A DNA stretch of 64,000 nt from Lingula anatina (Eukaryota; Animalia; Brachiopoda): assembly GCA_051362555.1 (NCBI GenBank), contig CM120648.1, forward strand, positions 597,721 to 661,720, given 5' to 3'. Below the pieces are notes generated by a model, which searched no databases, had not been told where the DNA came from, and was given only the letters and a program-made list of their open reading frames with translations. The position numbers were made by a program, and so were the translations under genes. This document shows positions 1 through 26,500 of this stretch, piece by piece. The first letter of the stretch is position 1. The number at the start of each line of letters is the position of its first letter.

Positions 1-11999
<11,999 letters not shown>

Positions 12000-13404
12000 G
12001 TGTATTATGAATCAGGAAAGCGAAACCTTGAACAGAATCGTTTCCAAAAATATGCTGAAAATCAGCTTTAACAATGCGTTAACTGACATGACTAATGCGT
12101 TGTCCAAAAATTCATGGCGCCCTTCTATCAGGATACATCTGTCCACATGCTATAAATGGTTCAAAGTTGAATTCATGTGGTTACCGAAAATTAATGATAT
12201 GTGTAGGTTGCTGTTAACTCATTAACTAATTAAATGGAATTAAATTAAATTAACATATATTTTTTTATTTCAATTTATTCTATTCATCAATTTTTTTTTG
12301 TTTTTGTGACCTTGGAGTTTCATCTGCGTACCAGCAAACAAAGATTCTGAAAAAGAGAAGTGCAGAGAAGTGTTACATTGTTTAAAAGAGGTTGCCTTTC
12401 CATTACAATGACTGCAAATGATGATTGTGAAAGTGGATAAGTGCCCCTGTTCTTGTTCTAGTATGCAGGACTGTATTGGACTGATTGCGATAGTTGCGAC
12501 AGTGACACGCACTGTGGTTGTACTGACGAACGGATATTTGGTTTTGTTTACATCAGTTTTGATTTAGTCCATAAGGGAGGAGGTGGGGGGGGGGGGGGAG
12601 TCTGGACCACCTGGTTCCCCCTAATTCCGCCAATGGGGGCGAGGTTGGCTTGGATTCTAGCAGGGTCACAAAGTGAACTTTTTCTAGATCTACATAGGTA
12701 TACTGTATGATGAAAACTAAACTACAATTATCTTCACCCCATCCGCAAGTAGTTTACACTTGGATAATTTAACGTAGACGTTATTATTTTAGCGACAAAA
12801 TAATATTTTATGACTGACGTGATCGACCCAGGGAAAAATCGCTCGATATGAATGGGGTACGTTGCCCCAGGTGTGGTATAGCTAGTTAACAAACTTATCA
12901 CAAACTAAACTTCTAGAAAGAGAAGTTCACAATTAAGTATGGTGATATGTGTCCAAACCAGAGACTCCCATCAAGGTGGGAGTGTTGACAGGACTGAGAT
13001 GTTGAACACGTCATCGGAGTAAACAAAGCTAAACAACAACTTGGGAAAGTTGCAGAGCAAGGGGAATCCCTCTGGTAAGACACGCCACTATTTCCGGTAG
13101 TATATATATTTTGAAGCGAAAACCATCAATATTGCAAATCTACTTCAGCAAAATGATAACTGAACATGTATGTTTCGAAATCCATATGGCTTTACATAGT
13201 TCCTACATGGATTGGAAAATGACTTTGTTACCAGGGCGGTAAGTCACGTACGTGCTTCTACACGCTGCTCAGTAACTTCCTCTTTCTATTTCTATTTTTA
13301 GATACCTAGGTTGTAATAAAGTTTCCAAATCATTTGGAGTGAGGCTACCAACCGGAAAGGGAAGAATAACGCCAAGAAGGATGGGGACAATAAGTCACTA
13401 AGGC

Positions 13405-13464
<60 letters not shown>

Positions 13465-14344
13465 TGCACACGTTTGGTGGTGGTCGGCTCATGCCTTGGT
13501 TTTAATACGTCTTTTCAAAAGAACACGATCTAAGGCCGGGCCCCTGGGGACTTGTTTTTGACAGTTAAAACCTTTGAGTCGGTTTATGGGATGATCAAGT
13601 TTATTTTTCTAAATACGTATTGTTGTAAAGCGAATGGCTTATACTTTCACTAATTACAGATAACAATTAAAACGGAATCAAACGAGTAAAAACATAGAGA
13701 GTTATTGAGTGTTGGTTAGGTTTCATCAAGAGTCAACAAGTGTAGAACATGTTTTTAAGGTTAGAAATAGATGGAAACGGTCAAAGTCAGTAACAGTTTA
13801 TGTGATTGGTTAAATTCATAATATATTTTAATTTCAGTCATCTGTTTAGCACATGATAACTGAGTTTCGAATAAGGTCCAAGCATGAGTAATTCAAATAA
13901 TATTTTAGATATCTTTAATTGAAAACAAGTATCTTAGGTATTACCTAATAAGGGAATGTTGCATGGTGACTTGCAACATGCGAATGGAAAATATTTTGTA
14001 ATCACGCAAAGACAAAGAAAAAGAAAACAAGTAAATGCGTGATCAGTATCAGAGAAATAGAGTATAAATATATGTGAAGTTGTTTGAAGAGAAGTTGGTG
14101 AATAAACGTTCAAAAACTCCAGATCGTTGTCATTATTCCTCACTAAAACATTATATATTTGATGTTGTAAATTCCTTGAATGTCTTTACATGTATTTCAC
14201 GTGTGAGTGAGGGAATGAAGAGAATGATTTGACTTGTCAGTCTAACAGTTCTGATCTGGTATAGGATGACCTATTGGTGGCTTGCGTGGTGTGGTAAGAG
14301 GCGTCTCGTCTCTGTGTGAGTTTGACCTAGAAAGCCAGTTGTTC

Positions 14345-14580
14345 GAGTGACGTACAGGCGGGCGGGGGGGGGGGGGGGTGCAGGAAGCACCTATCGGTCA
14401 ATAAGTGACCATCATCAGCTGCAGAGCCATGGCAATAGGGGGATAGAAGGGGAATGGTCAGTTAGTGTTGTTTTAAACGTAATGGTTTTCACAGGAAAAG
14501 AAAGCAAGTCCTGGTGTTGGGTTTTCTTATCAAATGTGTCTGGCCTTTATCAGTGAGCGTCTGCTTGTAATGAGTATAAA
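14345..14580 (+). promoter_or_regulatory. Putative RTK-2 promoter (CRE-like GTGACGTA, GC box, TATAAA at 14575)
   Basis: The same motifs are conserved in the paralogous block at 32365-32606, upstream of putative non-coding exons. Confidence 0.45.
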
Positions 14581-15523
14581 TGCACTGGGTGCCCTAAATT
14601 GATCTTACAGGATAGGTCCATCTCCACGGGGTTTCTCGCTAAATTGCTTTTAGCTTAAGTGGTTTACTAAAGCTGCTAAACAATAGTTAGTTACCCCCTA
14701 ACAGCTTCAGTAGGATTGACAGACATTTAAGTAGCTTAAGTTAATTGCAATTAAGCGATAATTCCCCTGAAGATTGTTCGATCCAAAGTTAGCACGATAG
14801 GGTCTGGGAATAGTCTCTTCTATATGTGTTTCTGCCTAGAAGATCACCACGAAAAACGTTCACAAGTGGCTCGCTCGTGGCGTATCTCGCTTTTGTGGCT
14901 GCGGTGCTTACAGATATCTAGGTTAGGTAAAATCAGTAAAAGTAAACTGAATGGTGACAAGAAATTTGATAAATGCTGGCACGGGTCGCCTTCGCACGTC
15001 CGTTTGTAGAACAGATAGTGGAAATCGAAACTTTGCATGCTTGGAAGAATATTGCTTGTTTAAAACTATCACTACGTAGGCCTACTGAGTTTGCAAATAT
15101 GACTTCTTTTTATGTAACACATAATCGATATGTACTGCAGCTTCTCAACGATTACACTTTTATTCGCCGTGGTGTTTACTTGTTACAAATGTTTTTGCGT
15201 TATTATTCTTGTCAGATATCGATTTAAGATTAACACCTCGCTTAAAATGCCAAGCATCCTGATATGAAAGATAAAATGCTGTCATGGCAAATTTGCTAAT
15301 CAACATCCTGATTTGGGCCTCTGAATGCGCGAAACGCCAAGGATGTTGACTCCTTAGTTAAATCGTTTTGTTTGTTTTTTAATGTTTTACATGCAGCACC
15401 GTGTCCAATTTCCAAATAAATGGAGTTATCAGTAAGATTATCAAAACAAAACTAATAGTCAGTAATAAACCAAAGCAAGGCGTTGTGGACTAATTAAAAA
15501 AATGTTGTAAATTAAGTAAAGCT

Positions 15524-16672
15524 CATGGCCAGAAATGCGCAGCATTCACGCGATACGCGAGGGCGCTACAGTAGGGCTTCACATGACTCAGCTAGCCAAT
15601 CACAGCACAACAATGGCATCGCACACAGACTGTGATAAGTGCTCAGCCCATTGTCAAGTAGCTTTAGTTCATGGTAACAAGCGTCTGACATGTGCAGAGA
15701 AGTTTATTGTAATATATATTGTTCTTATTGTTAAATTATTAAATCTAACTCTGTATCCAAGTAGTAACTATACTGTACCAAGTCAGGTACTGATGATGTG
15801 CAGAGGTCATATATTCCAGAATAAGCCATTACCACTAATTTATAACTTTAATTTTGTTTAATATGTTATTCATGAAAGAGTTTATGAAAGATTATTTTAA
15901 TTTGTTAAATCGTGATCTTATTCGTTTTATATTCAAATGATTGAATAATGTGGGTAAAATTGGTCTTCCACTTCTTATTTGCATTTTTCCTTTACTACAA
16001 GATTATTTTGGAACCACTGCAGCATTAAATTTAAAATAAATAGCAATCTGAAAGAAGAATTTTGCAATATTATTAAATGATGATAGGAATTTTGGATTAA
16101 AAGATTAGTTAAATACTGAGTAGTGATATTGTCAGTGAATTTATGTAGAGTCTGATAATATGATTGAAAATACTGATTGAATTCTTGGCCTTGCACTGGG
16201 CAGTTTCACATTTGTGCCAAGTGCTTTTTTTGGACTCCATTGTACAGTGGAAAAAGTTCTTAAATTGCCATGAAAGTTTTTAATCAGACTCTGTATGGTG
16301 CTGCTATCTGCTGGTGCTATCGGCAACGAATTAGTTTGCCTTTGTTTCTGAGTGAATTTACCGTCTAAAATCACTATTTCTGAAAATATGTGCGTTTTGC
16401 TGAGGGTAGGCTAGGCAATACACGGCAAACTTCTTCGTACGTGTGTACAACAGAATTTTTTATTAAACCCTAGCGAAATTTGGTCAGGAGTTGCTTGAAG
16501 TATAGCACAGCGTTGCTGTCTATCGGCATCAGGCCGTTAGTTTGTCAATTATCACGAATTACCCACGAATCGCGAACCCATTCATTTTCCTATGGCAATC
16601 TAGCAACTTATTAAAAGTGCACGCATGCGCAGTGGGCCAAGCGTGACGTCATGCAGTGCATTTCTGGGGATG
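15524..16672. mobile_element. Non-autonomous TIR DNA element in a 5' intron of RTK-2
   Basis: Imperfect TIRs CATGGCCAGAAATGCGCAGCAT / ATGCAGTGCATTTCTGGGGATG. The paralogous site at ~33630-33645 (AAGTAAAGCTATATTTT) is empty. Confidence 0.75.
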
Positions 16673-16699
16673 TATATTTTATATGTTTTTAATCTTCAG

Positions 16700-16762
16700 G
16701 GTGCTCATGAAACCAGATGGTTGGTAAAAGTAGAAGAAAATATTTTAACCAAGAATTCTAAG
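16700..16762 (+). other. Putative non-coding 5' UTR exon of RTK-2 (paralog at 33664-33725)
   Basis: TCTTCAG acceptor and AAG|GTAAAG donor are conserved in both paralogs, upstream of the signal-peptide exon. Confidence 0.55.
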
Positions 16763-17235
16763 GTAAAGTCTTTATTCTGATATAATAGTCATTAATACCT
16801 TTTATTCCCAACATTATTGAGTAAAACTTTGTGTTCAGCTTTAAAAATGTACTTAATTGGGTCGTTAGTTTCATTGCACTAATTTGAAATAAGTCTCATC
16901 GTTTAAGTAGTAAGTCTCACTGTCTGTAATGGACCCAATATTTATTTCATGTATATAAAGTTTTTGTTTCACAGTTGACTTGTTGTCAACAATATGCATA
17001 AGGCGCTTAACATGTGGTCCATTATAATATTTATATATTTGCAAAGAGACAATGATAATTGAAGGAGTTATGCTAAAATCAGGAATATTTCCTTCTCGTT
17101 TTCAAAGTGACAAAATGATAATTAAAACAGATTTAGTTTGTGTGTATGTGTGTGTGTGTGTGATTTCTCACTTGTAATGTTTCATTTTTTCATTTGATTG
17201 CTTTTATTTTAAAATTTTCATGCTAGAATAGAAGA

Positions 17236-19517
17236 ATGGCCATGATGAATACAGCAGTTGTGGTGATAACAGGTTTCTTCACCACAGTGATGGCTCAAGG
17301 TAAACGAACAGAACTGCATTGTGTGGGGAATGCTGATTGTGTTGGTTGTGACAGCAGTGGAGAGCAACTGTGTTAGGTGTGCTGATTGTGTTGTTTACGA
17401 CAGCAGTGGGGAGCCACTGTGTTAGGTGTGCTGATTGTGTTGTTTACGACAGCAGTGGGGAGCCACTGTGTTAGGTGTGCTGATTGTGCTGTTTACGACA
17501 GCAATGGGGAGCCACTGTGTTAGGTGTGCTGATTGTGTTGTTTACGACAGCAATGGGGAGCCACTGTGTTAGGTGTGCTGATTGTGTTGTTTACGACAGC
17601 AGTGGAGAGCAACTGTGTTAGGTGTGCTGGATGTGTTGTTTACGACAGCAATGGGGAGCCACTGTGTTAGGTGTGCTGATTGTGTTGTTTACGACAGCAG
17701 TGGGAGCCACTGTGTTAGGTGTGCTGATTGTGTTGTTTACGACAGCAGTGGGGAGCCACTGTGTTAGGTGTGCTGGATGTGTTGTTTACGACAGCAGTGG
17801 GGAGCCACTGTGTTAGGTGTGCTGGATGTGTTGTTTACGACAGCAGTGGGGAGCCACTGTGTTAGGTGTGGCGATTGTGTTGATTAAATGTTACTAGCTA
17901 CTTTAATATGTTGCCAGCATATATTTTTGTCTCTATCATTGATATGATGAGAAAAATGAAATCTCTCTCAGACATGAAGCTACCTCCAAGATTTATAGTA
18001 CAGCCAAATAGACAGTATTACTTTAAGGTGGATGATGCCACTTTTACACAAGAATTACCTTGTCTTGCCGAAGGAATACCTGAGCCATAGTAAGTATATA
18101 CCATAGCATACCAATGCATTTTCCTGCTACTAAATATCGATTTTTTTAAATAATGTACAATAAAAATACACGAAAACCTTTAGATATTCAGCTGTATTTG
18201 TTATCGCTCGTTTTCCCTTCTAAACAACTGTCCATCCTGAAAATTCCATAAAAATTTGCGTAGAACTTATTGAGATATCTTTTCCACTTACAATCTAATG
18301 TCAATGAAAACATAACGCAAAAACAAACAAACAAACAAAAAATTATCATTAACTGATTAATTTACTAATTAATACACTTTTATCTTTTAGCTAAATTGTG
18401 ATATGATATGATAATATAGCATGACTCGCTGACATGGTAAACTTTTCAAGAAGTTTCCGTTTTAATTTCTTATTTTGATTAACTGCTATAATCAGAAAGC
18501 CTTTTTCTTTAATTATATTTGTTTATATTTGAGCATGTAGGTGAAATGAACTATGCAAAACTATAATTCAGAATTGATTAATATTTATTTCAAATTCTTT
18601 ACAGTTATCAGTGGAAGAAAAACGGTCAATTATTGTCAGTGGGTACTAGATATATATATAGAGGCTGGAACTACAAGCCAAACAGCGGCGGCACCATCAG
18701 CATCAACGACCCCGATTTCAGTGACGAGGGGTATTACCAGTGTCTGGCCAGAAATACTGACGGAATGGTGGCTGTGTCCACAATTGCTTTCTTCCAAAGA
18801 TCGAGTAAGTAAACAAGCTGTTAGCCTCTGGTGGAAATTCTTTCTTGTTACTCCTGAGATATGAATTTTGTTTTAAAGATAGTTGAAATGCTATTTTCCA
18901 GACCCATCCCCACTGTACAATGCTTTATAAACGAAATCTTTGGAATGTAAAGGATATCTTAATAGAAAGAATATAGTTGGTGATTTTAATCAAATGTATT
19001 GAAATTTCAGAAAAAATTACAATTTTCCTTTATTAAGGTGTAACAGTTATTGTATCAATTTTAGCCTGGACATTTTATAGGGAAAAATTATATATAGAAT
19101 TCGTATCTTTTAAAAAACGTTTTAACTCTTTGTAACTCTTTAAAAATTTGTGAGATTATTTACTCTGTTTTAAAGGGGCCGGAGCTTTTCCTTACAATCA
19201 GACAGTAGAGACCAAGGTGGTCCGAGAGGGCGAGAATGTTACCGTGGTGTGTTCAGGAAAACCGCAATTCCCCTACGCGGCACCCAATCCCACCATACAG
19301 TGGGAGCTGTACACGCCTGCCTCTGGGTCTGTGAAAGAAACCCAGGCCATTCTGGCTGATGATAAGAGGAGACAGGTGGACGAGAGTGGTAAGATTAGCA
19401 CTAAGGGGATTGCGTGCAGCAGCAAGAGAGAAAAAAGAGGAATAAAGGAGAGAGAGAGAAGGGTAGAAAGAGGGAGAGAGGGTAGGAGGGAGAGAGGGGG
19501 AGAGAGAGAAATTGGTG

Positions 19518-19553
<36 letters not shown>

Positions 19554-22500
19554 TAGACCATCTTGTAGTATTGTCATGAGGTTTTTGGCACAATATGTCA
19601 TATGTATGGTGCGGTATTACAGTTAACATGCTGTAGTTTTTTTATGTCGCCGCATGAAATATATATATATAATCGAATTATAATTATACTTATAATAAGA
19701 ATATATAAGAATAATATAAGAATGGTGAGACAGGGTATACATTTCAAAATTCCGGTCGGAATATTTCTCACTCATGTTCACTATGAAAGTGAATTTTGTT
19801 TGTTTTATTCAGGAGCTTTGAGGTTTGCATTTGTTACCAGGGATGACTCTCAACCCAACCAGCAGTACAGATGTTCTGCGTATAACTCATTTCTGAAATT
19901 ATCCGTTAATGGAAGTCCAGTTAAACTTTCTGTTGACACAGGTAAGTCTGGGTTATTTCTTAAAGCTTTATGCAAAGGAGGTTCAAATTTAGTGTTGATG
20001 GTTTTGGAATAGAAGTAGATTTCTTGTTTCTTTGAGATTGCATTCTCAATACAAACGAGTTGATCCATGGACTAACAGATCTGCAGATCAAATATGGCCG
20101 ACCCACTTGAATACTTGTATTATAATTCCAGCGGTGAATCTATTCAGTATTCTTAGGCGATCAACCAAATTTTAAGTTGGTCGCCATATTTGATCCGCAG
20201 ATCAGTTGGTCCGCTATTCTGAATGCAGCCTTAAATTATGGAATTTATTTGATTATAATCATATATAAACTTTATTCATATTGTAATTTTTGTATTTATT
20301 TTTCATTATACTGGATGAGTAAAACCGTTTATTTTTCCGATACATTTGTTTTAAACCAATTCGTTCATTCTGTAAACTTCCCTGAGATCTTAATATTGTG
20401 GTCCATATTATAATTAATTATTTATCATCGCCGTCTTCATAATTGCATTTCAGCTAATTCATTGACCGACAATGCCCCAAAGCTGATGTACAAAACTGCC
20501 CCCAAGCCCTCGTCAGGACCGTCTGTTGTCTTCTTGAAGGGACAGAACAGGACTCTAAGCTGTATTTTTGCTGGAAAGTAAGTAACATGATGATGTGCAT
20601 TACAGTAGAAAGACCCGATTTTAGAAAACATGGAAGGGTCACTTTACATTACTATAACGAAGGGCATTCAATAGCTTGGCACTTGGGGCATTTTTATAGT
20701 CACATGTAGGATGAAGAAAACCAAGATAGGCAGTTTATATCTGTGCCCGTACTACTGTACATGTAGTATTATTTTTATTGGACGTCTTGTTTTTAAATAT
20801 ATAAGAAAAGACGAAATAACAAGATCTACCAACCCAAAGGGTGCTACCGTTTAACATTACTAACTATTGGTGTGAAACGGGTACTTACACTGTTATAAAA
20901 CAGGGGAGGTTTTTCTTTTTGTTTTACGCTTACGACTTGTTCTTTTCAATGGGGAAACTAAAAACTATCAGTCTCTTAGATACATAATTTTGGAATCATC
21001 AAATTTTATTTCATTTTTGCTACTTCTAAATTATAATGTTCTAATTTTAAGAATTACGATCCAAAAGCAGCACTTGTTAAATTTCACATTTTCCTAATTG
21101 CAAAGGTCAAGTGTTTACCCTAACTACCAGTGTATTTTGTATCGAATTAGACACAGATTTTGGTCTTCAATATTAGGGTAGTTTCTGGGCTATAAATACT
21201 GGAAAACATGGCATAACTGTGGTAACTGGTTACATAAAATTCTTTGACGAGGATCAGTTGGTAAAAAAGTTCTGAAGCAAGTGGCTGAAATGCCTGTTTA
21301 TTTTCAGACCTGTCCCCACCGTTCGCTGGTACAAACTGGATGCCAATGGCAGGGAAATGAACCCAGATGGAATTGTAGACAAAACCCAAAATCTGGCCAT
21401 TAAAGGTGTGACCTTTGACCACGAGGGCACTTATCGCTGCACTGGGTCCAATACGGGTGGTTCTCAGAGTGCCGAAATTCTGGTTGTTGTGGAAGGTGAG
21501 ACAATGTAATTAAAGTCTTTTCTCTTTCTTGTTTCCTGCTCCTCTCCCCTTTCTCTCATTTTCTCTCACGCACAATAAAGGGAACATTATCTCTGACATG
21601 CTGGTTTCATCTTGTCTTGCCTAGCTGCCCCCTACTGGACTAAAACTGGGAGGCCTAAAGACACCAATGTAACAGATGGTGATGACTTCACCTTTGAATG
21701 TGGCACAGAGGGGATTCCAGCTCCTGACAAACCCAAGTTTTATTCCAATGGTGTGGAATTAGGTGAGGTTTGCAGCAAGACAGGGAACAGGTTAATGCCT
21801 TACATTTGAACATATTACACTCCTCACTCGACAGCGAGAGGCGCATCCAATACCCTCTCTGCATAGAAGCTCAACAGCGTTTGATGCACTTCAAATCTCT
21901 CTGCATAGAAGAACTCGCTCGATGATTGCCGTAGTATAATTGGATGCCGATGATTGAAAAAACGTTTTTTATCACTTTTCTATAAAGATATTCGAAACGT
22001 AGCAGATAGGCCTATGTTTTCGGCAGTTGAAAAGACATCCGCCTGTATGGGACACATGTTACGATAATTTACGCGGCATCAGAGGAGATAGCGAAAAGAA
22101 AGTTTTTCCTGTTAAAAAATATAAGCATACCTATAGAAGATTATAACAGAGACTTTCAATGAAACAGTGATGTAAAAATTCCAGAGGTATTACTATTATA
22201 TGGTAAAGCTTAGAAACAGCTAGCTTTATTTGACTTTGGAATCCACTCAATTCATGGTAATTACACCCCCCCCCCCCAATCACCATCACTAGTGATGTGT
22301 TAGTAAAACGTTCACAATAGAGATTAACAGCTACAAAAAGAAAATACAATATCTAAGTTAACCCAATATTGGTAAAAGGAATATGGTCACATGAAATTGA
22401 GGTGAATCCTCACCGGTATATACACGTTCGGTCTCTGAGGCTCTGAGGAAACAAAATGCTTTTTCAGCCTTAATAAGCAAGTGTAATAATTTCACTATGA

Positions 22501-23439
22501 CCTATTTCATGTTTAATTTGAAAGATCTCAGTCAACCCAGGATATTGTATGATGAGCAGGAGCCAACTAAGTTTACTCTGAAGAACGTCAGCAAAGCTGA
22601 TCTACAGGTGTTCCAGTGTAACGTTAGCAACAAGCACGACTACCTCTACGCCAGCGTTTACCTGAACGTTTTATGTAAGTTGAAATGTCCTCTCTTACTC
22701 TGAAATGTCTTATCTGGGGCTATGGTTTCACATCCCAGTTAAGAAAGACTATTACCTTATATACCTGTATTGCTTAACTGCTACTGGACCAAAATCAGGC
22801 AAGTAGTAATCTAGGAGATGGTACAAACAGGTCATTTGTCATGTTGCAAAAGTATGATTACGTGCTCTAGCGAATGCGCGCATGCATGCACACACATCTC
22901 GCTTAGTAGAATCCCTGTTAGGCCTATTCGCGATTCAAAATGTCATATTCAATTTGACAATATTTATTGTAGCTGAATTTCTAGTTACAGTTGGTGTCTT
23001 GCTGATGTCTTCTCATTTGTTTTACTCATAATTATTTTTCTAGTGAGGACTCGGTTGCTGGTGGAACCTGAACAGACTATTTCCTATGAAGAAGACAATA
23101 AGCCAACCAACGTTAGGTTCAACTGCTCGGCCAGGGGTGACCCGATCACACCACTGACCTTCACCTGGATGTACAAGTAAGGGTCTTACCAGAACACCAT
23201 GGTCCCAATAGTGGGGTGTTCTTGAAGTTAAAGAGAGTTCATTTTCCTTGTGTTAATGACTGTGCATTATTCCCTTTCATATTCCAAAATAATATAGAGT
23301 GAATTCCTGAAACTAAATATTATTTACTCATTATATGTGATTTTTTGACATGTACTACTTACAGTGCCCCTTTTTCCTTAATGACATAAAGCACCTTGAG
23401 GATTTTAAACATGTGCCTCTATCAACTTTTATCATAATG

Positions 23440-23508
<69 letters not shown>

Positions 23509-26500
23509 TGTCTAATGCTTCGGTGGCTGTTTTAATTATTTCATGATATTTTTAGCACATGATTGTTCTTACCACTGCCTGTACACTGCTATTTCCTACA
23601 GAACACTAGATACTGCTAAATGGGTGCCTCTCCCCGCGGGGGGGCCATACACCTTCATCATGGACAATGACCATGGAGTGGACTTGGACATAAATCTGGA
23701 GGAGGATCCAGTCTTTTTCCAGTACAAATGTGTGGTGGATAACGGCTATGTGCCAGTGGAGGTGTTGGCCACTTTGTGGAATAAGGCTGCAGGTAGGAAG
23801 ACAGGACATTTGACTTGAATTTCTCTTTTATTCTTAATATTTTTGAAGTTGCCAGTTTTATAGTCCCAGTTATTTATATCTTATTTTAGATTTATGACCA
23901 GTTTAATAAATCAAGAGCTTTATATTAAAATATGCATGTTTACTGGCAGTCATTCACATATTTATTTTTATGATATCATTTTCAGTTTATTTTCAAAAAC
24001 GCATAACCCCTGCAGTGGCCATGAGACACATGGGCACACCAATTAATGTTTCCCTCTTTCGCAATGTCATAATCTCAAAGGAAAATGTGTTTTGTGATCC
24101 TATTGTCACCCATGTTTACAAGCCTGTTCCATAATCTTTAAAAGTGCAACCATCTTTTATACTTTGTACTCAACCACCCTATATATCAAGAAATATGCCG
24201 ATTTTGCTGTTTTACTTTGTCCTCTCCTGTATGTTTTGGTGGCCATTTTATTTTTTTTTCTGTAACAGTAACGTGCTAGAATGCAGTCACGTACCCTGCT
24301 GTGTTCTTCCGACAGGAAATACATACTGATAGGTAAACGAATAGATACAGCTAGGTAAATATTTACTTATGTTAATATATTTTAACTCTCTATAGATCCT
24401 GCCAGTATATCCATTGATCCAGTTGCCCCTGTATGGACAATAGTAGCTGTCGTAGCTACTACACTTCTACTTCTACTTATTTCTTCTGTGGTCATCGCTG
24501 TAATCGTCAGAAGAAAGAGACATAAACGAGATGCAGGTATATTATTTAACTTACTCGGACTTTTCATGTGAACTAAAAAGGCCAAAGTTATTGTATTTGA
24601 ACTAAAGAAACCAAACATATTGTTTTTATTTTGATTTGATTCTATTTTACTTTATTATTGTTTAAATCAAATTAATTTGCTTAACCGTATTTACTGTATA
24701 TTTATGCATATTTAAATATTGTTTATTAGCACAATATTTTATTCTTACCCGTCAGAAGGCCATGCGTAAAATAACGTGCATATAAATGTTTTTTCTCATA
24801 ATCGCGTATTTCAATTTGTTGATCATTGTTCAGAGAGTCTTCACATTTATGGTAATGGCACAAAATATATAACAAAATTCGCATTTAAAGTACATATGAC
24901 AAACTATATAATGATGGCGTGATATTTCAGATAATGAAGATGATGTTATTGAAATGAATGAAGAATCGATGCAGGTAGTTGATATTCGTATTTAAAAATA
25001 GTAACACTAACCAGTCCAAAATAACATACGCATTTAAGTTTATTGAAAGTCATTCAAGTTATTTTGAATATGGAGTGTATAGATAAATCTGTTCGCAAAA
25101 CTTGCTTCTTTGTCCTTACAGATGCCACCTGCCGAAGTATGGTCATCTAAAATGCCACTGCAAATGAATAATAGCATTTCATTGTCCAGATCATTACACG
25201 GAGAAAATGAAGTGGTAAGGCAAGCTGTATAACAAAATCATTAACTGATAAACTGAAACATTTTTCAAGGCGATGGAATAATTGTTTTTTAGAATTAAAA
25301 ATACTTAATTTATATTTTGAAGGCCGATGATGTTTCGATGTACTTAGAGGTTCTGATGCCTAACTCGGAGATTCCCAGGACACATGTTAGAGTCCATGCA
25401 GAAATCGGCAGTGGATCCTTTGGACAGGTTTATATGGGAGAAATATATAATTTTTATGGTAAAGGAGAGTGGACAGCAGCTGCAGTAAAGACAGTAAAAG
25501 GTACATTATTTTATTTATTCTTACATACCAATAAAGTATCGTATATATAAACAGGGGATTGAAATTTGAATAATTTAAGTTGAATGAATAAAAGCATAAA
25601 GTATAACTGTTACACAAAATGTACTAACTTAATATGATATGGCGCAAATACTGCACACAGTATGAAAATAATTGCATAGAATTATTAAAATAATTGAGAA
25701 ACACCGTCTTAATATATTTGATAAATAATGTATTTTTTTCGACTTTGGATGCGGCCATTGTGCTGTTTTGCTGACCTCAGAAAAGCAATATTGCCCGGGG
25801 CGGATAAAACATCTCATTCTATGAGAATTATATTATAACACATTTAACAAGACTCACTGTTGCGAATTCTTTAGATCCTCACGATTCAGCCCTTGTCAAA
25901 GATTTGAAAGATGAACTAAAAGTGATGCAGACTCTTCGACCACATCCAAATGTAGTCACTCTATTTGCGTCTTGTACGCGTGATGGAGGTAGGTTTAACG
26001 GTTATCTCTTAACTTATAAGCAACATATAAACTTTCCGTTACTGTAGTTACTTCTAATATTAAACCTTCATGTAAGTACCGGTGAATAAGGGCAAGTTAA
26101 AAGTAGGCCTACTGGAGTGTAAATAATATTTTGATTTCTTAAAAACATTTCTGTTTGATATTCGCAGTGTGTATACACAATAATAATAATTTATTCAGCT
26201 TTGAATGTTCCAATTTAATATTGTTCGCTGTCTAGGCTACTACAGAAACTACCATATTATGCTCACATAAAAAGAATTTGATTTGTTATTAAGGTGTACC
26301 AATGATTGTCTTGGAATACCTTCCAAATGGAAATCTGCAGACCTTCCTACGAAATGACCGAGCTCGAAATAAGGCAGTGTATAGCAACTTATATGGCGCC
26401 AGTGCTTCATTAACATCACGAGATCTGATGAAGTATGCTTTCGACGTGGCAAATGGGATGGCGTTTCTTTCTTCTATGTCCGTTAGTATACACCTTTAAA

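Noticed and set aside
17330-17880. Regular repeat array resembling CRISPR (also 34295-34980)
   Set aside because: Head-to-tail 49-bp units with no unique spacers, no cas genes, and located in a eukaryotic intron. It is a minisatellite.
17908-18090. Apparent premature stop (TAG) after GIPEP in Ig1
   Set aside because: The TAG overlaps the donor TA|GTAAG. Splicing to 18605 gives TAT (Tyr), and the same arrangement occurs in RTK-3.
19217-19629. ORFs rich in ER/LS repeats (also 30722-31040, 54810-55303, 56706-56894)
   Set aside because: These are translations of (GA)n, (CA)n or (AAT)n microsatellites in introns or intergenic DNA.
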